From Octopus sinensis (taxonomy: Eukaryota), in assembly GCF_006345805.1 (NCBI RefSeq), contig NW_021824049.1:1-19967 (forward strand): a DNA stretch of 19,967 nt. Reading direction: 5' to 3'. The position numbers and the translations under genes were made by a program. Shown one piece after another: positions 11,015-19,526 of the stretch (position 1 is the first letter of the stretch; each line of letters opens with the position of its first letter). The notes beneath the pieces were generated by a model, which made no database searches, was not told where the DNA came from, and worked only from the letters and a program-made list of their open reading frames with translations.

Positions 11015-11176
11015 GCAGAGGTGGCTGTGTAGTAAGTAGCTTGCTTACGAACCACATGGTTCCGGGTTCAATCCCACTGCGTGGCGCTTGAGCAAGTGTC
11101 TTCTACTACAGCTTCGGGCCAACCAAAGCAGTGTGAGTGGATTTGGTATACGGAAGCTGAAAGAAGCCTGTCGTGT
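11015..11176 (+). mobile_element. SINE family B, 5' half
   Basis: GTGGCTGTGTAGTAAGTAGC head, GGTTCAATCCC box B, CTTGAGCAAGTGTCTTC central motif; ends in the internal TA repeat. Confidence 0.9.
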
Positions 11177-11179
11177 ATT

Positions 11180-11228
<49 letters not shown>

Positions 11229-11376
11229 ATATATATAATGTAGAAGAAATAGCTATAACTCTTTGACTGCTATTTCTAAATTCGGTATGTGGTAAGGCAA
11301 TTCGTTGCTAAACCCTTTATTGCTTAGTATATATATATATATATATATATATTTGTGTGTGTGTGTGTGTGTGTGT

Positions 11377-11498
11377 GTTTCTGTCTCCCAAATCAACTCA
11401 CAAGGATTTGGTCGGCTCGAGTTATCACACTGTGGGACTGAACCCGGAGCCATGTGGTTGGTAAGCAAGCTACTTACCGCACAGCCACACCTGCGCCT
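11377..11498 (-). mobile_element. SINE family B, 5' half with internal deletion
   Basis: Head AGGCGCAGGTGTGGCTGTGCGGTAAGTAGC. The CTTGGGCAAGTGTCTTCTG segment is missing. Confidence 0.88.
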
Positions 11499-11580
11499 AT
11501 TTATATATATATATATTGATAAAAATGGTGAGACAACAAAAGAAAGAAAGAGACCTCGATATTATGTAAATAGAGGAATT

Positions 11581-11802
11581 TATCTGTAAATGTAATATAT
11601 GACAATTATTCGGTAGCCATGATAAAACACCGAGTTTCGGATGCCGAGGTGAAAATCCACGCCACCATCTCTTCAGTTATCCGGCCATCGGAAAAAAAAA
11701 AAATCACTGAAGAGACGGCGGCAAGGATTTCCACCTCGGCATCCAAAACTCGGAGTTTTATCATGGCTAACGAATAATTGTCACATATTACATTTACAGA
11801 TA
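11581..11802. repeat. Long inverted repeat: 97-bp arms, 28-bp spacer
   Basis: 11581-11677 versus the reverse complement of 11706-11802 is 88/97 identical with no indels (manual alignment). Confidence 0.97.
11616..11685 (-). ncRNA. Type I hammerhead ribozyme motif with intact catalytic core
   Basis: Minus strand reads GCCGGATAA-CTGAAGA-GATG...CATCC-GAAA-C(TCGGT)G-TT|TTATCATGGC. Helix I is GATAA/TTATC plus GCC/GGC; helix II is an imperfect long hairpin; the triplet is GUU. Confidence 0.7.
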
Positions 11803-11807
11803 TATAT

Positions 11808-12017
11808 AAATGTGACGTCGTGTGTACCGTTGGCGATTGTTTTTCCTCTATCTTCCCTTCTCTGGATCTTTCCTTCTCCTATGTTTCCGATGAAGAGCTC
11901 CGCTCGAAACGTTAAATCATCCTTCTTTCCTTCTCTCCTGAGCGTCCAATAATACTATATTTGTTCCACGTCCTCACGTTGTTGTGTTTTCCTTTGTGCT
12001 GTCTTGCTTGGATTAAC
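11808..12017 (+). mobile_element. Penelope-like terminal-repeat fragment carrying a hammerhead motif
   Basis: Pyrimidine-rich element between TA repeats. It shares CCTGAGCGT..TAATAC..TTTGTT downstream of the ribozyme with the 9471-9763 element. Confidence 0.65.
11883..11917 (+). ncRNA. Minimal type I hammerhead ribozyme motif (U4C variant)
   Basis: GTTT-CCGATGA-A-GAGC(TCC)GCTC-GAAA-CGT-T|AAAT: helix I GTTT/AAAT with one G.U pair, palindromic ACGT helix III, GUU triplet. Confidence 0.65.
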
Positions 12018-12124
12018 TATATATATATATATATATAATATATATAGTATATATATATATATATATATATATTGAAGGTACGTGTGTATATATATTTGTA
12101 TGTGTGTATCAAAGAAAAGAAGGT

Positions 12125-12765
12125 TGTCAGTATTTGGATAAAACTTTATTTAGCGCTTGCTTCCTTTTAGAGATCTCCGAAGAGCATAGGCAATTGTAAT
12201 TAGGGAAGCAAGGAGAATTTATAGAAGACAGCATGCCTGTTGGCTAGCAGCTGTAACGAGTCCGGGAGTTATAGCATACTGTGGAGGCGCAATGGCCCAG
12301 TGGTTAGGGCAGCGGACTCGCGGTCATAGGATCGCGGTTTCGATTCCCAGACCGGGCGTTGTGAGTGCTTATTGAGCGAAAACACCTAAAGCTCCACGAG
12401 GCTCCGGCAGGGGATGGTGGTGATCCCTGCTGTACTCTTTCACCACAACTTTCTCTCACTCTTACTTCCTGTTTCTGTTGTACCTGTATTTCAAAGGGCC
12501 GGCCTTGTCACTCTCTGTGTCACGCTGAATATCCCTGAGAACTACGTTAAGGGTGCACGTGTCTGTGGAGTGCTCAGCCACTTACACGTTAATTTCACGA
12601 GCAGGCTGTTCCGTTGATTCGGATCAACCGGAACCCTCGTCGTCGTAACCGACGGAGTGCTTCCATTCCATTCCTATAGCATACTAATCAGCTGGGTGGC
12701 CCTTTTGCAGGACGCGGTCTAAAAGGTCTGCGAACGGCAGTAGTACAGTCTTAGATCTGAGAACA
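12125..12765 (-). mobile_element. Possible solo LTR (about 236 bp) interrupted by the family C SINE
   Basis: After removing the SINE and one TSD, the minus strand reads TGTTCTC...TATAAAT...AATAAA-20 nt-TGACA. No flanking TSD found. Confidence 0.33.
12281..12674 (+). mobile_element. Full-length tRNA-derived SINE family C (Arg-like head; possibly an octopus OR-type SINE)
   Basis: Box A TGGCCCAGTGG, box B GGTTTCGATTCC and (TTCCA)n tail. Perfect 11-bp TSD TATAGCATACT at 12270-12280 and 12675-12685. Confidence 0.95.
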
Positions 12766-12770
12766 ATTTT

Positions 12771-13145
12771 CTCTCTTTTCTCTTTCACTCTTTTACTTGT
12801 TTCAGTCATTTGAGTGCGGCCATGCTGGAGCACCGCCTTTAGTACTTATTCTATCGGTCTCTTTTTGCCGAACCGCTAAGTGACGGGGACATAAACAAAC
12901 CAGCATCAGTTGTCAAACAATGCTAGGGGGACAAACACAGACACACAAACATATACATACACATACATACATATATATACATATATACGACAGGCTTCTT
13001 TCAGTTTCCGTCTACCAAATCCACTCACAAGGCATTGGTCGGCCCGGGGCTATAGCAGAAGACACTTGCCCAAGATGCCACGCAGTGGGACTGAACCCGG
13101 AACCATGTGGTTGGTAAGCAAGCTACTTACCACACAGCCACTCCT
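12771..13145 (-). mobile_element. Near full-length tRNA-derived SINE family B
   Basis: Colinear with 17002-17425 and 19136-19526 but carries a 41-bp deletion flanked by AGT microhomology at about 12841-12843. Tail is of the GTAAAAGA type. Confidence 0.95.
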
Positions 13146-13151
13146 TTTATA

Positions 13152-13560
13152 AGGCGGCGAGCTGGCAGAAACCTTAGCACGCCGGACGAAATACGTAGCC
13201 GTATTTCATCTGCCGCTGCGTTCTGAGTTCAAATTACGCCGAGGTCGATTTTGCCTTTCATCCTTTCGGGGTCGATGAATTAAGTACCAGTTACGCACTG
13301 GGGTCGATATAATCGACTTAATCCGTTTGTCTGTCCTTGTTTGTCCCCCTCTGTGTTTAGCCCCTTGTGGGTAGTAAAGAGACAGGTATTTCGTCTGCCG
13401 TTACGTTCTGAGTTCAAATTCCACCGAGGTCGACTTTGCCTTTCATCCTTCCGGGGTCGATAAATTAAGTACCAGTTACGCACTGGGGTCGATATAATCG
13501 ACTTAATCCGTTTGTCTGTCTTGTTCGTCCTCTCTGTGTTTAGCCCCTTGTGGGTAATAA
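13152..13560 (+). mobile_element. tRNA-derived SINE family A: full monomer plus tandem 5'-truncated second unit
   Basis: Head AGGCGGCGAGCTGGCAGAA, box B GAGTTCAAATT, central TTGCCTTTCATCCTTTCGGGGTCGAT..AAGTACCAG (resembles the Deu/Nin SINE domain as I recall it). 13201-13375 is repeated from 13386 (period 185). Confidence 0.95.
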
Positions 13561-14299
13561 ATAAACAAATAAATATTCCTTTTATGGGTTTCATCTGAGT
13601 TTTGGAGGGCATCAGGTATTGTTGGGGAATCAAGTATCTTCTAGCCCTGAAGAGTAGTTGGCTTACACTGCTAGCTATGATAATGATGTATTTTCTCCAG
13701 TTTTCCTCAGCGACTGCCGGGATAAATGTTTGAAACAATTGTGACGGCTTTAGATGCATGTTGCTCATGAATTAGGTGAGTGTGGTACTGTATTTTCTAC
13801 AAGTACAACTTAATGAGAAGGGGAAAGGCGAAGTATGACTCCAATAAACCTTTGAGTTAGGGTGGAGAATATTGTATGGATAAATGGACTTACTGTCAGC
13901 AGGTTGTCAAAAGGCATACAGAAGTATACAGCGTGCGTGAAGCGGAGATCTCTCCTGTTAGGAATAAATCCAGTTTAGATCTTTTTGTTCAAAAACCTAA
14001 CAAATTGTCGCCACCATGTTGGAACCCTCATTCATATTTACACCATATATCATAACACTGTGATACACGATCCCTATTGATCGTTTTTTTCCTCTTCCCC
14101 TTTTTTTCCCCTTTTTTCTTCTTTTTTCATTTCTCTTTTCTTTTGTTCCTCTTCTTTTTCTATATTTTTATTTTAATTTTTTAATTTTTTATTTTATTTA
14201 TTTATTTATTTTTTTGTTCTTTTCTTCCCTTTTACGATCCCTCTTGATAGAAAACCTACGCCACCCCCCTTTTTTTTCATCCCCCAAAAGAAAAGCTCT

Positions 14300-14352
14300 A
14301 CCTTGTAACTTGTCCCATCTGTGTGCAGCCCTGTGTGGCCAATAAAGAAACT
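14300..14352 (+). mobile_element. Possible 3' end of a LINE, running into the (CTAT)n tract
   Basis: CAGCCCTGTGTGGCC-AATAAA-GAAAC lies immediately before the tetranucleotide array. No RT homology was confirmed upstream. Confidence 0.3.
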
Positions 14353-14376
14353 TATCTATCTATCTATCTATCTAAA

Positions 14377-14450
<74 letters not shown>

Positions 14451-14511
14451 TTATCTATCTGTCTATCTATCTATTTATCTATCTGTCTATCTATCTATTT
14501 ATCTATCTGTC

Positions 14512-14542
<31 letters not shown>

Positions 14543-14553
14543 CTATCTATCTG

Positions 14554-14620
<67 letters not shown>

Positions 14621-14621
14621 G

Positions 14622-14689
<68 letters not shown>

Positions 14690-14745
14690 CCTACCTACCT
14701 ACCTATCTACCTATCTATCTATCTATCTGTTTATCTATTCATTCA
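14353..14745. repeat. About 390-bp (CTAT)n microsatellite
   Basis: Seen directly, with CTGT/TTAT/CTAC variants. Confidence 0.98.
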
Positions 14746-15313
14746 TTTATTTATCATTATTTTCAGTTTCAGTAAAGTAGAATTAAAAATAAAATTATGT
14801 AGCTGACATGGAAAAGAGAAGCAAGAGATTGGCAGGTAAGCGATGACGAAACGAACAATGGTTTCAACAGGTGTTGCCAGATACAATCATTGATAGATTT
14901 ATATGCTATTTTGTTTTGTTTTTATTGCCTTTTTTTGTGCACTGTGTGTCGTAATTTCTTATATAATAAACCTTTTTTCCTAAGACTTCTCATCGTAATT
15001 GATATTTTAAAGATGTCTGATAGATATGTAGCTGTTAATGGAGGCATTAACCTCTTGATGATTATATTGGTTACGTCATAGATAAAGATAGTACGTGCCC
15101 ACATTTTCAACATGGCAGCTATTCCGGGTGGAGAGTAATAGAGGGGGAGCGAGAAAGAGAAAAACAGAGTGTGTGTGTGTGTCTGTGTGAATGACAGAGA
15201 CAGAAGGAGAATCAGATGGAAAGTGAATTTAGGGTGTTGGAGATGCAAGTTGATGAGATTGAGTTTCAAGTCGTGGACCCCTAAAATGGAATAATGATTT
15301 ATTTATTTATTTA

Positions 15314-15539
15314 TTTACTACCCACAAGGGGCTAAACACAGAGGGGACAAACAAGGACAGACAAACAGATTAAGCCGATTACATCGACCCCAGTGCGTAA
15401 CTGGTACTTAATTTATCGACCCCGAAAGGATGAAAGGCAAAGTCGACCTCGGCGGAATTTGAACTCAGAACGTAGCGACAGACGAAATATGGCTACACAT
15501 TTCGCCCGGCGTGCTAACGTTTCTGCCAGCTCGCGGCCT
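15314..15539 (-). mobile_element. Full-length SINE family A monomer
   Basis: Reverse complement aligns end to end with 13152-13380; (TAAA)n-type flank at the tail. Confidence 0.95.
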
Positions 15540-15588
15540 TATAATGATTTATTTATTAAAGCCAGTATCCTAAATGTACTGACTCGAC

Positions 15589-15742
15589 TAGAGGCGTAGC
15601 AAGTGCGTGTGCTACCTGGGGCAAACTTTGATTTTTGCCGACGTCATGCAAGCTTATACACCAAAAGCAAAATTGCTACCTCCCTTAGAAGGGTCACACG
15701 GTGCAGATCGCCCCCATCGCCTACCGCCTAGCTACTCTACTG
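15589..15742. mobile_element. Decayed MITE with CAGTGGCGTAGC-like termini (hAT-type)
   Basis: Left TAGAGGCGTAGC and right GCTACTCTACTG each differ by 2 nt from CAGTGGCGTAGC. No TSD recognisable. Confidence 0.45.
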
Positions 15743-15889
15743 GCCCGAACCACCTACATGCTGTCAGTGAGAAACTGTGGTATTTGTTAGGCCCATGTAA
15801 GAGCTAGGGGTGGATTGGAGTAGGGGCTGACTGTTATGCTGACTGATTACGTGTAGAAGTAGTGGGGGAGCATCATAGCCATGTGCTGA

Positions 15890-16580
15890 GAGCAATTCTT
15901 TGGGGTTTGAATAATTCACCTCTGGAAACATGGGTGTTTTGTTCAATATCCTTAGGTAATCCTTATTCGAAATTTGGTTGGTTGAAATTGCTTGGAAAAA
16001 ATCTGAAGGGGACAGTGTATTTGTTTTGTGAGCAATTCTTTTGGGGTTTGAATAATTCACCTCTGGAAACATGGGTGTTTTGTTCAATATCCTTAGGTAA
16101 TCCTTATTCGAAATTTGGTTGGTTGAAATTGCGTGGAAAAAATCTGAAGGGGACAGTGTATGTTTTGTGAGCAATTCTTTTGGGGTTTGAATAATCACCT
16201 CTGGAAACATGGGTGTTTTGTTCAATATCCTTAGGTAATCCTTATTCGAAATTTGGTTGGTTGAAATTGCGTGGAAAAAATCTGAAGGGGACAGTGTATT
16301 TGTTTTGTGAGCAATTCTTTTGGGGTTTGAATAATTCACCTCTGGAAACATGGGTTCAATATCCTTAGGTAATCCTTATTCTAAATTTGGTTGGTTGAAA
16401 TCGCGTGGAAAAAATCTGAAGGGGACAGTGTATTTGTTTTGTGAGCAATTCTTTTGGGGTTTGAATAATTCACCTCTGGAAACATAGGTGTTTTGTTCAA
16501 TATCCTTAGGTAATTCTTATTCGAAATTCGGTTGGTTGAAATTGCGTGGAAAAAATCTGAAGGGGACAGTGTATTTGTTT
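15890..16580. repeat. Minisatellite: five tandem copies of a 141-bp consensus unit
   Basis: Units start GAGCAATTC at 15890, 16030, 16169, 16309 and 16443 (140, 139, 140, 134 and 138 bp); few substitutions. Confidence 0.98.
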
Positions 16581-17001
16581 ATGGAGGTTAAACTCATCTA
16601 TTCATTCAATGGTGTCCACCGCATTGCGAACATTCGGGTTAAGTCTTCTGTCTAAGGATTAATTTCTTTCTCGCATCCGTAACTATAGGGTTCTCATCTC
16701 ATTCTTCGTCGAGTAAACAAAGCGACAATTACTTTGTTTAGTTTTCTTCGCTGGGAATTTTCTCCTTATGTCTGGCAATTTCAAATGCCAAAACAGTTTG
16801 GCGCTATATGTGAGTATTTTGCGAAGTGTGTATGCATACATACATACATACATATATTATACGATACGTACACATAGAGAGGTACACATACTTGTACACC
16901 AACACACATATATGTATATATATATAAAATTTGTGTGTGTGTATGTATGTAGATACTTATGCCTGTATATATATACATATATGTACATGTATGTATGTAT
17001 A

Positions 17002-17425
17002 CTCTTTTTCTCTTTTTTACTCTTTTTACTTGTTTCAGTCATTTGACTGCGGCCATGCTGGAGCACCGCCTTTAGTTGAGGAAATCGACCCCGGGACTTA
17101 TTCTTTGTAAGCCCAGTACTTATTCTATCGGTCACTTTTTGCCGAACCGCTAAGTGACGGGGACGTAAACACACTAGCATCGGTTGTCAAGCAATGCTAG
17201 AGGGACAAACACAGACACACAAACATATACACACACATACATATATATATATACATATATACGACAGGCTTCTTTCAGTTTCCGTCTACCATATCCACTC
17301 ACAAGGCTTTTGTCGGCCCGAGGCTATAGCAGAATACACTTGCCCAAGATGCCACGTAGTGGGACTGAACCCGGAACCATGTGGCTGGTTAGCAAGCTAC
17401 TCACCACATATCCACTCCTGCGCCT
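17002..17425 (-). mobile_element. Full-length SINE family B
   Basis: Head AGGCGCAGGAGTGG, box B GGTTCAGTCCC, CTTGGGCAAGTGT motif, internal TA/TG repeat and GTAAAAAGA-type tail. Confidence 0.96.
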
Positions 17426-17689
17426 ATATATATTCACAAACGCACCTATAGTTGTTGTCATTTTGTCTCTGTTTCTAAATCCGTTTGTGATATCTTTCCA
17501 TTTTACGTCAACTAATGACATTTTTATTTTTTTAAATAGATTTCAATGATTATCATGATATGCATTCATCGTCTTTTAACATGCTCGAAGCCACAATGTT
17601 TTCAACACAATTTATAGTAAGCAGCAGCTAGCGTGTAGGTATTCCTTAATACATGCATGCATCCATATGAACATCTATATATATATATA

Positions 17690-18203
17690 CTAGCAGTATC
17701 GCCCGGCGTTGCTCGGGTTTGTAAGGGAAATAACTATATAAGCATTTTTAGAGAGTTACTTCCCTTATAGATGCCAATTCGGGCTTTCTTAGCCATTTCT
17801 GTTTTTGGTGTCTTCAAGCCATGAAGTCGTTGTTCTAAAAGAACGCTGGTCTCCTTGACAACGCTTTACGACGTTGATTTCCTTACACTCCCTTCCCCAC
17901 AGCTTCACGAGGGAGCGAAGAAGGGGGAGAAGCAAACAGGTGCAGGTGTGACGATGGACGCCAACTCCGCCGCCATCGACACACGAAAAATTATGCATTA
18001 AAATGGAATAAAAAATGATGTTAAATTATTTTTAAAATCGTAGACTCATCGTAGACGCGCGCTAATACTCAGACGGGCTCGATATGAATCACGACTATAA
18101 GATACCCGAATTTGGTTAAACTGCATCGCAAAATGTGGGAGTAGTTAGGAATCTAAATCGAAGGGGACAGACACTCACACAACTACAGTTTTATATATAT
18201 AGA
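17690..18203 (-). mobile_element. Non-autonomous Helitron (514 bp)
   Basis: Minus strand has 5' A|TC (TCTATATATATAAAA), a subterminal hairpin CCCGAGCAACGCCGGG (17717-17702) and 3' CTAG|T. It sits between A and T with no TSD, the canonical Helitron pattern. Confidence 0.8.
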
Positions 18204-18570
18204 TATATGCGTGTGTGTATGTATATGTGTGTGGGTGCGTTCGTGAATGTATGTAAATATGTATGTCTACATATTTGTTTGAAGATTAAAGTGAGGGAGA
18301 ATGTCAAAAACTTATACACTTTTATTTCTCCTTGTTATTCAGATCGCATGAAATACCTGTGAGATATATCAGTTTACATCCTTTAACATGTTTCTCGTCC
18401 AGGATAAGCAGAAAACGAAGTGATAGTAGTGTCACACGATTATATATAATCTATAATCCCTACTATTTTGAAATTCATTTGAAAATTGTCGTTTTGGTTG
18501 CATAATATATAAGTGAGCGTATATAGTGTATGTATACGTATGAATATATATATATATATATAATATATAT

Positions 18571-18609
<39 letters not shown>

Positions 18610-19135
18610 TGCAGCCAAGCTGTTGGGGGTGTTTGTCTCCCCTTCGTAAATATATAAGGACACAGGAAATGTGTCAAGGCCGACAGGAAGCGTCGAGGCT
18701 TCCTAGGGCTAAACAGCGGTGGTGTAATTCCCTTACAGGAATGTCACGTTAAGTTGACAGTATACAACCTATATATATATATATATAAGCCACTTTACCT
18801 CGCGGGTCGTTGTTATCCCTATTTTGCAGAGGAAATCTGTAATACAGGCTCCAAGATGTTTCGACCGCGACTGGCGCAAACGGATAGCGGCTACCCAGCC
18901 GCAAAGGAATCACTTATTAATATAACTATAAAGAAAAAAGAATGAAGTTTGAAGTATGCAAAAGAAGAAATATCGTAATTTACTTGTATACAGTTGAGGC
19001 AAGAAAAATATTTATAAAATAAATGTTAGATATCACAAAGTTAAATTTGATATAAGAGAGCTATTCTTAAATAAATAGCTGTTTCAATACGAGTAGTACA
19101 ACAAACAATATAATGAAATAATATATTAATGGATA

Positions 19136-19526
19136 CCTTACCTTTTACCTTTTACTTGTTTCAGTCATTTGACTGCGGCCATGCTGGAGCACCGCCTTTA
19201 GTCGAGCAAATCGACCCCGGGACTTATTCTTTGTAAGCCCAGTACTTATTCTATCGGTCACTTTTGCCGAACCGCTAAGTGACGGGGACGTAAACACACA
19301 CCAGCATCGGTTGTCAAGCAATGCTAGGGGGACAAACACAGACACACAAACACACATATATACGACAGGCTTCTTTCAGTTTCCGTCTACGAAATCCACT
19401 CACAAGGCATTGGTCGGCCCGGGGTTATAGCAGAAGACACTTGCCCAAGATGCCACGCAGTGGGACTGAACCCGGAACCATGTGGTTGGTTAGCAAGCTA
19501 CTTACCACACAGCCACTCCTACGCCT
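19136..19526 (-). mobile_element. Full-length SINE family B
   Basis: Head AGGCGTAGGAGTGGCTGTGTGG; colinear with 17002-17425; GTAAAAG-type tail. Confidence 0.96.

Larger units (their letters stand above)
11517..11802 (-). mobile_element. Hammerhead-bearing Penelope-like terminal element with inverted partial duplication
   Basis: Bounded by TA repeats. A minus-strand hammerhead at 11685-11616 is followed by a T-rich 109-nt tail; an inverted copy lies at 11706-11802. Confidence 0.65.

Noticed and set aside
12179-12191. GAAGAGCATAGGC matching 12/13 nt of the 9.58-kb ribozyme
   Set aside because: Not followed by TCGAAAC; too short to distinguish from chance.
12281-12350. tRNA gene
   Set aside because: No acceptor stem or T terminator; continues into a SINE body bounded by a TSD.
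13280-13768. 162-aa minus-strand ORF and similar ORFs shared between SINE copies
   Set aside because: Antisense read-through of SINE sequence; the same peptides recur wherever the SINE recurs.
13570-14060. Decayed LINE ORF2 upstream of the putative 3' end at 14300
   Set aside because: Manual translation gave no convincing RT, endonuclease or zinc-knuckle motif.
15764-16351. 195-aa ORF with 47-aa repeats
   Set aside because: Produced by the 141-bp minisatellite. Units carry -1, -2, -1 and -7 indels and the peptide switches frame, which argues against coding constraint.
18320-18365. Strong splice acceptor TTCTCCTTGTTATTCAG (AG at 18341-18342)
   Set aside because: No convincing donor or recognisable peptide downstream.
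18850-18905. Minus-strand hammerhead at GGTCGAAACATC
   Set aside because: No CUGANGA-like box upstream and no helix I.
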